Shown here piece by piece: positions 10,357-20,026 of a DNA stretch of 45,557 nt. The DNA is taken from contig RDOA01000024.1 of NCBI GenBank assembly GCA_011364925.1, forward strand, positions 1-45,557, read 5' to 3'. The stretch is from Promethearchaeota archaeon (GTDB lineage Archaea; Asgardarchaeota; Lokiarchaeia; Sigyniarchaeales; SOKP01). A program made the position numbers and the translations under genes. Numbering within the stretch: the first letter of the stretch is position 1; every line of letters starts with the position of its first letter. Under the pieces are notes generated by a model, which had not been told where the DNA came from, made no database searches, and saw only the letters and a list, made by a program, of their open reading frames with translations.

Positions 10357-11364
10357 TTATTTGTTTTTTATTAACTCGAGTATTTCATCAGGAATTTCTT
10401 CTCCTCTTGTTAACATTCTGTTAAACATGTCTTTAACTTCTGATATTGTGTTACCGTAAATATGTAAAGAATTGCTAAAATCTAAGTAATGTCCCATTTC
10501 CAGACCTAGTTGATCGGCAACATACTTTTGGATTCGAATCATTCCATTAACATTTGCTTCCCACGCTCTGAATAAATCTCTACTCCTCCAGGTTGTTTGC
10601 ATAATTAACTTATCATCCTTTACTCGCATATAAATTCTTTGAAGACAGGGGGGATCAATGTGAAAAGGATCGACAAGAGGTCGCCAAGTTATAGCCTGAG
10701 CTCTTCGTGAATAAGGTTTTTCTTTTAATTTCCTAATTATATATTCTATTTGATCTATTTTCGGGAATTTTATTACTTCTATTGGTATTTTTTGAATTCC
10801 GATTTGGTCTGATATTTTTTTATTCAGATTAAAATCAACTAAATTTTTAAGTTTCCAGAAAGTACCCTCCTCGGAAGTTTGAATCTTCCCCGCTTTCAAA
10901 AGCTTTTTGTGCTTCTTTATAAATGCACTATCAACTAACTCTAAATCGTAATTGACATGAATAGAATCTTCCAAGGAAAATGGAGTGTAACTAAAGATTC
11001 GATCGTGATACGAATATGGAAAGCTCGTATCAGATTCCCATATATAATGATCGTTTGCTCCCTCCATGATTTCTTCAATGTAACCACTTTGTATAGAACC
11101 AATTAGATAAGTGTCAGCTATACAACCATACACCTCGAAAGAATTTCCGTACTTCGATTTAATTTTCAAAACCCTACCTTTCCGAGATATGGGCTCGCTC
11201 ATCGGGTTTTCTACTTCAATTAGTACGGTAGCATCTTTAGATGGAGGGTCTTGCTTTTTATCGTATTCTGTTCTAATGTCATCACCTTTATATAGAACTT
11301 GTGCTACGGCGGAGAGCCAAGCTTCCCCAACTGTTTTTTTGGAAATAAAGAATACTTGAGCCAT
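10357..11364 (-). CDS. thyA: Thymidylate synthase, archaeal ThyA type, with internal insertion
   Basis: YSYHDR, DQIEYII, SRRAQAITW, catalytic PPCLQ, WRSRD, SLHIY. Confidence 0.88.
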   Translation of the reverse strand: MAQVFFISKKTVGEAWLSAVAQVLYKGDDIRTEYDKKQDPPSKDATVLIEVENPMSEPISRKGRVLKIKSKYGNSFEVYGCIADTYLIGSIQSGYIEEIMEGANDHYIWESDTSFPYSYHDRIFSYTPFSLEDSIHVNYDLELVDSAFIKKHKKLLKAGKIQTSEEGTFWKLKNLVDFNLNKKISDQIGIQKIPIEVIKFPKIDQIEYIIRKLKEKPYSRRAQAITWRPLVDPFHIDPPCLQRIYMRVKDDKLIMQTTWRSRDLFRAWEANVNGMIRIQKYVADQLGLEMGHYLDFSNSLHIYGNTISEVKDMFNRMLTRGEEIPDEILELIKNK

Positions 11365-11601
11365 ATTTCTAAGCCTTTATGAAATCATTAAAAAACTTGT
11401 TTTTATAATATTAGAACCTAATTGTTAAAACCTTAACAAATTTGTTTTAATTATTTGCTAAAACCTTTATCAAATTAAAGGCAGTTAATTAAATCTACAT
11501 AATTAAATATTCAATTATTTATTTAAAATTACCATCAAAATTTAATAATGGTAATTATTTAATCTTCTTAGAGTTTTTAAAAGATCGAAAGTAAATTAAA
11601 A

Positions 11602-11895
11602 TTGATATCGTTAAACTTTAGATTTGAACCTCCATTTAACGAAATTACTAAAGGCACAAATAAAATCATCAAATTCGAAAATGAATTAACACTTAGGGAG
11701 CTATTAGAATTTTTTAAAGACCATTTTGGTGATAAATTCTATGAATTGCTATGGGATAAAAAAAATAACAAGGAATTCAGTTCCTTTCTTTCAATCATCA
11801 TAAATGGAAGGAGTTATAGAGACGAAAATTTCTTGAAAACAATTTTAAAGGATGGAGACGATATTGCTTTTTTGTACCTTTATTTTGGCGGATAA
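11602..11895 (+). CDS. MoaD/ThiS/SAMP ubiquitin-like protein
   Basis: TLRELL, IIINGR, LKDGDDIAF and C-terminal GG. Confidence 0.88.
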   Translation: MISLNFRFEPPFNEITKGTNKIIKFENELTLRELLEFFKDHFGDKFYELLWDKKNNKEFSSFLSIIINGRSYRDENFLKTILKDGDDIAFLYLYFGG

Positions 11896-11909
11896 CCTTA
11901 AAAAATAAA

Positions 11910-12941
11910 TTACAATATTAAGATCATCCACATACCAAAACCAGTTAAAATTGGATTTAAAACATTATCCGAAACATGTTTTGCAAATAAATCAACTAAT
12001 AAAAACAATACGGTTGCTACTGTTGCCATAAGGAAGATTTTTGCGAAACTTATCGGCATCCAAACATGATAAAGAATTACTATTACTACTACAATTAAAA
12101 ATGTAGTTATACCTCCAGTTATAAATCCTTCTATTGTTTTCTCAGAATTTCTTCTAAGTCTATGAGTTCCGTATTTTTTACCAACAAGACAAGCAACCGC
12201 ATCAGCTCCCGTAGTTATAAACGCAACCGATGCTAAAATGGGAAACGGAGCAAAAATGAATGGGATTAGAGACAAAACTAAAGGTGTAGAAGCTACGAAA
12301 GTATCGAGTTCTTCAGGTCTCATCGATAAAAACCAGCGTTTTGCCCAATTAGGAAGCATATAGAATTTGTTTAAACGAGCGAGATCAGCTACTTGAAACA
12401 TAATTACAAACCCAAATCCTATTGTTACGATTAGCCAGTAAGAGAAGCTATAATTATCTAAATTGAGTTTGCTTAATACGCCTAGATTCTCAAGAATGGT
12501 TCCTAAAGACCAACAAAAAAGTATCACGAATGATGTAAATAAATGTAAAAATTTCCTCCCAAACTCTCCCTTAAAATCGTCAACCCATCTATCCAGCACT
12601 ATCTTACGATAATCATTGTAGTCCCTCTTAGCCATAACTTCTGGATTTCTTTTGGATATAATCGTGTTATAAATTATAGTTGCAATCAATACGATCATTT
12701 CGATTAAAAAGATAGAAGATGTCCAAAGCCATAAGAAACTTAATGTTTCTAACTGCAAATGAGGAGAGTTGTGTTGAATCATAAATGGAAAAAGAATTCC
12801 CGCAGCAAAAAACAAGATAACAATAATCAATTCGTTCAAAATTAAGCGGTTCTTAATTTTTTCAGTTCTATTCTTAATTACATATATAAAAGTTATAATG
12901 GAATAGCCAATGAAAATTAATGAGGTTGGTAAAAAGTTCAT
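11910..12941 (-). CDS. CTP-dependent diacylglycerol/polyprenol kinase family membrane protein
   Basis: RKFLH, MRPEE, GADAVACLVGKKYG, KTIEG, SDNVLNP; many TM helices. Confidence 0.82.
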   Translation of the reverse strand: MNFLPTSLIFIGYSIITFIYVIKNRTEKIKNRLILNELIIVILFFAAGILFPFMIQHNSPHLQLETLSFLWLWTSSIFLIEMIVLIATIIYNTIISKRNPEVMAKRDYNDYRKIVLDRWVDDFKGEFGRKFLHLFTSFVILFCWSLGTILENLGVLSKLNLDNYSFSYWLIVTIGFGFVIMFQVADLARLNKFYMLPNWAKRWFLSMRPEELDTFVASTPLVLSLIPFIFAPFPILASVAFITTGADAVACLVGKKYGTHRLRRNSEKTIEGFITGGITTFLIVVVIVILYHVWMPISFAKIFLMATVATVLFLLVDLFAKHVSDNVLNPILTGFGMWMILIL

Positions 12942-12970
12942 CTCTAATCCTTAAAATCCATTCTCTAGAA

Positions 12971-14077
12971 TTAAAACCATATTAAAATTATTGTATAATA
13001 ATCAAGGTTAAATAAAAATCGTATAAATATGAAAATTAAGCTACTACCAAACGGAATTAATAAATTATCTGTTACATTGAGAGGTTTGTTAGTAAAAACA
13101 TCAAAAACGAAGAAAGCAATTGTGAAAATCAAAGCCCAGAAAATTCCTAAAAATAATATGCATATAATAAAGCACACGATTACTCCCGCGATGCTTCCTT
13201 CCCAAGATTTATCGTTGTTCCATTTAATTTTATTCTTACCAATTCTAATACCTATTTGACTAGTTGCCAAATCTGCAAGAGAACTAATTCCTAAAATCGT
13301 AAAAAACACCATTGGTGGAGTCATTAAAGCAGCAACCATTTGGCCGATAGCAAAAAAGAGATAAGTTCCGTAACTTCGTTTTTCTTCTTCGCAAAGAAGA
13401 ACTCTGCAAAGGAAGTTAAACGGAAATCCGGACCATTTGGATTTCCGCGTGAATTCGTTTGCTAACATAATAAAACAAAATCCATAGAAAAAGAAGAAAA
13501 GAAGATAATAAAACCATCCTAGCGAATACAAAACTGGCTTAATACTATTTGGCTCCGTTAATAGTGTTAGAAACAAAAGAAGCATGTTATTATTTGTTGG
13601 AATCATTCCACTAATTGATCCTGCTATATCTTTAACAATAATAACACTTATATACCATACGAGGAGCAGGCCAAGAAAAATTAAAACATGTGGGATTTTT
13701 CTATAAGTATCGGCTCTTAATTTACTTCTCTTATTAGATTTTTCTTCTAACAAAGACCAAAACTTTGTAAAATCTTTATTTTTAAAGATTTTTTTAAATA
13801 CAAAAAATAGAACTGAAGAAATTATAATTATTGCTTCAATAATAAGCAAGGGGAGTCCGAACGATAGCGTAAATATAGGAATTATTGTGCTATATAATGT
13901 TATGTCTTGGAACATTAGCAATACAACTATTATACTAACAATGAAAGTCAAAAATAAAGCGCTAAATCCTAAAAAATTATTATATTGGTCCTTTTTGTAC
14001 GAAAAATGCATAAAACAAAATAAAACAACGAAATAAGAAAATAATATTAATAAAAACCAATAGAAAAACACTGTCAT
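12971..14077 (-). CDS. CTP-dependent diacylglycerol/polyprenol kinase family membrane protein (paralog)
   Basis: RKIPH, LADLATSQIGIRIG, KSWEGS, TDNLLIP; many TM helices. Confidence 0.82.
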   Translation of the reverse strand: MTVFFYWFLLILFSYFVVLFCFMHFSYKKDQYNNFLGFSALFLTFIVSIIVVLLMFQDITLYSTIIPIFTLSFGLPLLIIEAIIIISSVLFFVFKKIFKNKDFTKFWSLLEEKSNKRSKLRADTYRKIPHVLIFLGLLLVWYISVIIVKDIAGSISGMIPTNNNMLLLFLTLLTEPNSIKPVLYSLGWFYYLLFFFFYGFCFIMLANEFTRKSKWSGFPFNFLCRVLLCEEEKRSYGTYLFFAIGQMVAALMTPPMVFFTILGISSLADLATSQIGIRIGKNKIKWNNDKSWEGSIAGVIVCFIICILFLGIFWALIFTIAFFVFDVFTNKPLNVTDNLLIPFGSSLIFIFIRFLFNLDYYTIILIWF

Positions 14078-14157
14078 TTATAGTTCGAATTTATAAATTA
14101 ATTCTATATATTAATGATAGTGGTTTCATTCCTTAAATAAACTCTTTTAGGAGTATA

Positions 14158-14763
14158 GTGATGAAAAAAATTATTCTAGCATCAAAATCTTACGACCGGT
14201 CAGAGCTTTTTAATAGATTAAATATTCCCTTTGAAGTTCTCGATACAAATTTTAACGAAAACGATTATAAAGGGCGCTATTTTGAACCAATTAAATTAGT
14301 TAAAGAATTAGCTAAGGCAAAAGTGATGAAAGCAAAAAAAATGTTAGCCAATGAAGAGAAAGGGACAGTGATTATAGCTGCTGACACGATTGTTGAATTA
14401 AATGGTGAAATCATTGGAAAAGCTCATAGTGAAGATGAAGCTTTTAATATGCTAAAAACTCTAGCAAATCGTTCTCATAATCTTATTACAGGCATAGCGA
14501 TAACAGAAATAGGTGATAGTAAAATCATAATTGATTACGATGTAACCAATGTTTCTCTTCTAAATTTAACTGATGATGATATTAGGAATTATGTTAGAGT
14601 TGGAGAGTGGAAGGGTAGAGCAGGTGCTTATTCAATTAGAGATAGAGCTAGTTTATTCATCAAAAGAATCCAAGGTTCTCCTTCAAACGTTATAGGATTA
14701 CCTATGCAAAAGCTTTTTGAAATACTAAAAAACGAATTTAATTTGAATTTATATGACTGTTAA
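14158..14763 (+). CDS. maf: Maf family nucleoside triphosphate pyrophosphatase
   Basis: IILASKS, IAADTIV, IIGK, GRAGAYSI, NVIGLP. ATG 14161 is the likely start. Confidence 0.92.
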   Translation: MMKKIILASKSYDRSELFNRLNIPFEVLDTNFNENDYKGRYFEPIKLVKELAKAKVMKAKKMLANEEKGTVIIAADTIVELNGEIIGKAHSEDEAFNMLKTLANRSHNLITGIAITEIGDSKIIIDYDVTNVSLLNLTDDDIRNYVRVGEWKGRAGAYSIRDRASLFIKRIQGSPSNVIGLPMQKLFEILKNEFNLNLYDC

Positions 14764-14848
14764 GTTATAAAAAAAAAATTAAATGCTTTTATTGGTTACC
14801 TTCTTAATACACTTATCAAAATTTATTAACTAGAAGAATTGATGTATA

Positions 14849-15193
14849 ATGGTTAAAAAATACAAAAATGAACAAATAATGAAAATCTTGACTGTCCTTG
14901 GAGCTTTAGTAGGATTAGTCTACATTATTAATGGTTTTGCTAGCTTAGGGGGTTATGGTTTTTTACCTACCATAGTTGTTCTTCAGCTACTAGACACAAT
15001 CATTATGTTGATTATAGGACTTGTAGTTGTTATTCTAACATTTTTAGTAGCCTTAAAACCAAATAGGCCCCTCCCTTTCCACTGGCTTATCTTGTTTATC
15101 CTAGCGATATTACTGGTGATTTTTAGAGGGGGCATCTGGGCTTGTGTATTAGTTGTTATCGCAGCTTTAATAGGTTTGATAGAAGAATTCTAA
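14849..15193 (+). CDS. Small integral membrane protein
   Basis: 114 aa, 3-4 hydrophobic segments. Confidence 0.65.
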   Translation: MVKKYKNEQIMKILTVLGALVGLVYIINGFASLGGYGFLPTIVVLQLLDTIIMLIIGLVVVILTFLVALKPNRPLPFHWLILFILAILLVIFRGGIWACVLVVIAALIGLIEEF

Positions 15194-15235
15194 CTTAATT
15201 TTTTTTCAAAGATTTTTTTTTATTTTTTTTCACCA

Positions 15236-16114
15236 TTAAACTTTTACATTATCTAAGAAATACGATACAATTTCATTAGCTATGTTAATATCTGTCACTT
15301 TTTGAAGAGCTTTAAATCCTGGGATGGAATTAACTTCCAGGACTTGTAAGCCATTCGCAGTTTCTACAATATCAACACCGGCAATTTCTGTTTTCGTAAT
15401 TTCAGCTGCTTTTATCGCTAACTCTGTTAACTCCTTCGTTAACTCTAAAGGTTCAACTCTCGCTCCAGCGGCAACATTTGTTTTCCAATTATCACTTACC
15501 CTATACATTCCTGCTATCGCTTTTTTACCAAGAACTATTATTCTAATATCTCGATTTGAATGTTCGACAAACTCTTGAAGATAAAAGATTTCATTTAATT
15601 GACCTAAACTATAGAAAACATTTTCAGCAAAACCTCTATCGCTTATCCGAGTAACTCCAATACCTTTCGAACCGTATAACGGTTTCAATACGATATCTCC
15701 ACCTAGATCCTCGAACGAGTCGAGAGCATCTATAGGATTTTCGCACACTATTGTTTTAGGTGTCGGGATTTTATACCGTTCTAGAAAAACTGAAGTAAGA
15801 AACTTGTCGCTTGCTATTTCTAAAGATTCTCTCGAGTTGATCAGTTTAATTCCGTACTCTTCAATTGCGTTGAGTAAATCAAGTCTGAAGAAAATCTTTT
15901 GAGTGGGTGCAACACCAAATCCTCTTACAAGGGCGCCATAAGGATCAAGCTCTTCAAACTGTTTTTGAAATTGATCAATGCCTATTCTAACCTTACTTAT
16001 CGACGGGATAAAATACTTGACTTTATACCCTCTCAATTCAAACGCTCTAGTTAAGGATTGAACTTCAAAATCGTCTGGTTTGGGTGTAATTATCATTGAA
16101 AACATATTGTTCAC
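15236..16114 (-). CDS. RimK/LysX/MptN family ATP-grasp alpha-L-glutamate ligase
   Basis: DKF, IPTPKT, VLKPLYGSKGIG, YLQEFV, DIRI, WKTNVAAGA, AGVDI, LEVNSIPG. Confidence 0.9.
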   Translation of the reverse strand: MNNMFSMIITPKPDDFEVQSLTRAFELRGYKVKYFIPSISKVRIGIDQFQKQFEELDPYGALVRGFGVAPTQKIFFRLDLLNAIEEYGIKLINSRESLEIASDKFLTSVFLERYKIPTPKTIVCENPIDALDSFEDLGGDIVLKPLYGSKGIGVTRISDRGFAENVFYSLGQLNEIFYLQEFVEHSNRDIRIIVLGKKAIAGMYRVSDNWKTNVAAGARVEPLELTKELTELAIKAAEITKTEIAGVDIVETANGLQVLEVNSIPGFKALQKVTDINIANEIVSYFLDNVKV

Positions 16115-16178
16115 TCTAATAAAAATTACATAATTCTACTAACACTTAATAAATAAATTTAAGTTTTTTAAAAATATA

Positions 16179-16787
16179 TTGAAGTCAATGGATTCTAACA
16201 GTAAAGAAGACGATACAGAAAAATTAACACAGATACTTTCAGTAATTCAAAACCTATACTACAAAAAAAAAGAACAGCTGGAAGATTTAGAACTAGAAAT
16301 CTCAGAGATTCAATCAGTTTTAACCCAAATTAACTCGTTAATTTCAAACCAATCATTCTCTAGCGCAGACGAGTTATACTCAAAATTACATTCTCCAGAA
16401 AAAAAATCCATTGAAGATTATTTTAACGAAGAAATCTCTGAAGAAAAGTTCAAAGGCACCAATATTAAAAGAAAAATATTCTCCAATCAAAATCAAGAAG
16501 AAGAAAACTTGCTATGTGTCCTAAACCTTTACGATTTTAAAAAAGTTGAAATTAAGTTTATAGATCCTGAAAGAAGAGGGATACAAGAAACTTCTGAAAA
16601 TTTTATTAATATCTTTCTCAAGGGAGCTCTAATTAAAATTAAAGAAAATAACCCTAATCTGAGTATAAGTTATCGGTTCAAGAATGTCGATAAAATTGAA
16701 TATATAAACATCTCAAATTTAAGCTCGATCGACGATTACGATTTAATTACCGCAAAAATCCGAGAATTATTAGCTTATGAGCACTAA
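16179..16787 (+). CDS. Hypothetical protein with N-terminal coiled coil
   Basis: Heptad-like 'KKEQLEDLELEISEIQSVLTQINSLI'. Start is probably ATG 16188. Confidence 0.65.
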   Translation: MKSMDSNSKEDDTEKLTQILSVIQNLYYKKKEQLEDLELEISEIQSVLTQINSLISNQSFSSADELYSKLHSPEKKSIEDYFNEEISEEKFKGTNIKRKIFSNQNQEEENLLCVLNLYDFKKVEIKFIDPERRGIQETSENFINIFLKGALIKIKENNPNLSISYRFKNVDKIEYINISNLSSIDDYDLITAKIRELLAYEH

Positions 16788-16929
16788 TCCCGTAAGAAGA
16801 AAAGTGCGTTTGATAAAGTTTGAATAGAATCTATTATATAACGATATTATATTGATTAATTAAAATACAAAGTATTAATTATTCAAATTTTCTTATTAAA
16901 GTTAATTAGTAATTTCGAGCGTGTGAACA

Positions 16930-17742
16930 ATGGCAAAGAAAAAAATTTTAATGATGCCCGTCATTCATTCAAAGTTTAACGATAAAGATTTAGAAGCTAT
17001 ACTATTAAATAAGTCAAAAACTCTCTTAACAGAGAAAAATGGCTCCCCTCCTTCTTTTATCTTTCTGTCTGGAAGCTTTTTCGATGTTAAAGGATTCGTA
17101 TACACAGGACTTCGAGCATGGAAGGGTGCCGTAAAACCTACTGATTCTGAAGAAGGAAAAAGACCTCTACTTGAAGCTACTTTTGCATCTCTTTCAGTCT
17201 ATTTAAGTTCATTACTTGCGCTTCAAGCTGATTTTTATTTCGCACATGAAGAAATCAAAGAAATCTTATTAGAGAAGAAACGGGAAGATCTGTGGGCTAT
17301 AGTTTCAGAAAAGTTACCCTTTATTTCACTTCCTCCAAAGGAAATGTATGGAAGTCAAGTATCTCCAATATCTCCTTATTTTGTAATCGAACAGGACGAC
17401 GAACTAATTTTGGGAGAGATTTATCCTTCAGCTTATTTAACTAAAGTAATTTCAAATATTAAAACGAGATTTTTTGTGTTTTTTCAGTATCAAGGATATT
17501 CCGCTTTTGGATTTTTTGATGTTTTACCTGAACGAGCCAATTTTGGATTTGAAGAAAAAGCTCGAGAGTTTGATAAGGAGCCAACGGTGGAAAACCTGCA
17601 AAAGTATGCAAATGATGCAAAAAATTTAAAGGAAGTTCTTATTGCACTCATCGAAGCGCACAATAACGCTTATCTAGGGCAATATCTAATTGAGGACTAC
17701 GAATTATTGTTAAACAAACTACTAGAATCGGAGGAGTTCTAA
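16930..17742 (+). CDS. Hypothetical protein coupled to a small GTPase
   Basis: 270 aa ORF whose stop lies 1 nt before the GTPase ATG. Confidence 0.75.
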   Translation: MAKKKILMMPVIHSKFNDKDLEAILLNKSKTLLTEKNGSPPSFIFLSGSFFDVKGFVYTGLRAWKGAVKPTDSEEGKRPLLEATFASLSVYLSSLLALQADFYFAHEEIKEILLEKKREDLWAIVSEKLPFISLPPKEMYGSQVSPISPYFVIEQDDELILGEIYPSAYLTKVISNIKTRFFVFFQYQGYSAFGFFDVLPERANFGFEEKAREFDKEPTVENLQKYANDAKNLKEVLIALIEAHNNAYLGQYLIEDYELLLNKLLESEEF

Positions 17743-17743
17743 G

Positions 17744-18376
17744 ATGGTAAACATTGGATTGCTTGGAGATATTAGCGCCGGTAAAACGAGCATTCTTAGG
17801 CTTTTTGTTCGATATCTTAAAGTCGGAGAAATTGAAAATGTGAAAGGTGGTATAAAGTGTACTGTCGTTAAAACTGATTTTTCGGGAGAAGCGACGGTTC
17901 CGGGAGGAGAAAAAGAAGATTCGCTAAACCAGAAAGAAACCAAAACCATTCATCCTAACCGCGTGGTCTTTAGAGAAGATAGTTCGGGAAGAGCTCACAC
18001 CATCTTCGCACCTGGAGGGGATCGTGCTAGAAGCGTAATCCGTATGGGGATTATAACTATATCTCGTATCGCTACGCAGATTATAGCGGTATTTTCGTGT
18101 GACCGAGCTTTAGAAACCCAGTTTGAGTTTTTCCGCGATGTTAGGTTCTTTCCAGATAATATATATGTATGTATAAATAAGATCGATTTAATCGAAAAGG
18201 ATGCGGAGAAGAAGGTTGAAGAGTTAAAAACTAAAATCGTGGACTTTTTTAAGCAGAGGAAGATAACAGTTAAGGAGTTTTTTATAACGTGTGCTGAAGC
18301 AGTGGAGGGTTTTGAAGATGTTCAAACCTATAATGACCATACAGCAGAAATGATACTTAGTATATCTACTTCTTAA
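17744..18376 (+). CDS. Ras-superfamily/MglA-like small GTPase
   Basis: G1 GDISAGKTS, G2-like TKT, atypical G3 FAPGG, G4 NKID, G5-like TCA. Confidence 0.82.
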   Translation: MVNIGLLGDISAGKTSILRLFVRYLKVGEIENVKGGIKCTVVKTDFSGEATVPGGEKEDSLNQKETKTIHPNRVVFREDSSGRAHTIFAPGGDRARSVIRMGIITISRIATQIIAVFSCDRALETQFEFFRDVRFFPDNIYVCINKIDLIEKDAEKKVEELKTKIVDFFKQRKITVKEFFITCAEAVEGFEDVQTYNDHTAEMILSISTS

Positions 18377-18655
18377 TCTTCTTTATTTTCCATAGTTGAA
18401 ATAAAGCTTCTCCTTTTTAAAAGAGAGAAAACCAGATTTTAATATTGGGTTAGCTGTTTTTAATAATCTGTCATGGATAATATTATGGTTTCTGTGTTCT
18501 TCGTAAACTCTTAAATTTTCTATCCAATTGGCGTATTTATACGCATATTTATAATTTTTACGCCAAATTATTATAAAAGTAATTAGCTTATAATTTACTA
18601 ATATATTGATTAAAATGTGAGAAAAGAAATAGCTAAGAAGTGATTTCACAAATCT

Positions 18656-20020
18656 ATGAAAAATTTTTTTATTGTTATTGTTGCGATGGTATCCGGAATT
18701 AGTGGGATGTTATTTGGTTATGATACTGGTGTTATCTCGGGGGCTATTTTATTTATCAAGCAAGAGTATCCTCTTTTACTTCTTTTACCATTTTTACAGG
18801 AATTAGTTATTAGTGCTGTTTTAATTGGAGCAATAATCGGAGCAATTATAGGTGGATCGTTAGCTGATCGTTATGGACGAAGAAAAATGATTATTATTGC
18901 CGCAATTATTTTTGCTGGAGGTGCTATTGGAACATCATTAACATTTAATATAATATTCCTGATCATAGGAAGAGTAATTGTAGGAATTGCTATAGGGATG
19001 GCATCGTTTATTGCCCCGCTCTATATTTCTGAAATGTCTCCACCAAGGATTAGAGGATCGTTAGTGTCTTTAAATCAATTATTTATTACTATAGGAATTG
19101 TGATCTCTTACTTGGTAGATTATGCTTTAACTCCTATAAGTGGATGGCGTTATATGCTTGGTTTAGCGGCAATTCCCGCTATTATATTATTAATTGCAAT
19201 GATCTTTATGCCAAGTAGTCCGCGATGGTTAGTTAATAATGGAGAGATGGAAAAAGCACGCTCTACCTTGATTGAGATTCGAAGGACAAATGATATCAAT
19301 AATGAATTGAATGAAATTAGCACTAGTCTTGATAAGCAAAAAGGAGGGAGAAAAAACCTGTTTAATCCTTTAATAAGACCTGCAATGATTGTAGGTATAT
19401 CACTAGCGATTTTCCAACAAGTAACTGGAATTAATACCGTGATATATTATGCTCCAACCATTTTTGAATTTGCGGGATTTCAATCAGCTGCAGCAGCTAT
19501 CTTTGCTACAATCTTCGTTGGAATTGTTAATGTACTCTTTACTCTTGTTGCGATCTTTTTGTTGGATCGCGTCGGTCGGCGTAAATTGTTGTTACTTGGT
19601 TTAACTGGTATGAGTGGGATGCTTATAATGTTAGGGATCGTATTCTTTTTACCTAGTTTATTAAATCAATTAGGAACATTAGCTGCAATTAGTTTAATTT
19701 CTTATGTTGGCTTTTTTGCTATTGGGTTAGGTCCAGTTTTTTGGTTATTAATTTCCGAAATATATCCTCTAAAAGTTAGAGGTCTTGCGATGAGCATTGT
19801 GACTGTGGCTAATTGGGGATCTAATTTAATCATTGCGTTAACCTTTTTAACTCTAATTCAACTTATGGGACGTACAGGGACGTTTTGGCTTTATGCTGTT
19901 GTAGGAATATTAGCGTTAATTTTTACATATACTTATGTTCCAGAAACGAAGGGTAGAACCTTAGAAGAGATTGAAGAACATTGGCGTGGTGGAAAACATC
20001 CACGAGAATTGGGGAGATGA
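18656..20020 (+). CDS. MFS sugar porter
   Basis: FGYDTGVISGA, DRYGRR, YISEMSP, QQVTGINTVIYY, DRVGRR, GLGPVFW, VPETKGRTLEEIE. Confidence 0.95.
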   Translation: MKNFFIVIVAMVSGISGMLFGYDTGVISGAILFIKQEYPLLLLLPFLQELVISAVLIGAIIGAIIGGSLADRYGRRKMIIIAAIIFAGGAIGTSLTFNIIFLIIGRVIVGIAIGMASFIAPLYISEMSPPRIRGSLVSLNQLFITIGIVISYLVDYALTPISGWRYMLGLAAIPAIILLIAMIFMPSSPRWLVNNGEMEKARSTLIEIRRTNDINNELNEISTSLDKQKGGRKNLFNPLIRPAMIVGISLAIFQQVTGINTVIYYAPTIFEFAGFQSAAAAIFATIFVGIVNVLFTLVAIFLLDRVGRRKLLLLGLTGMSGMLIMLGIVFFLPSLLNQLGTLAAISLISYVGFFAIGLGPVFWLLISEIYPLKVRGLAMSIVTVANWGSNLIIALTFLTLIQLMGRTGTFWLYAVVGILALIFTYTYVPETKGRTLEEIEEHWRGGKHPRELGR

Positions 20021-20026
20021 TATTTT

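Noticed and set aside
18383-18649. 88-aa minus-strand ORF
   Set aside because: Low-complexity AT-rich intergenic/promoter sequence with no motif; probably spurious.
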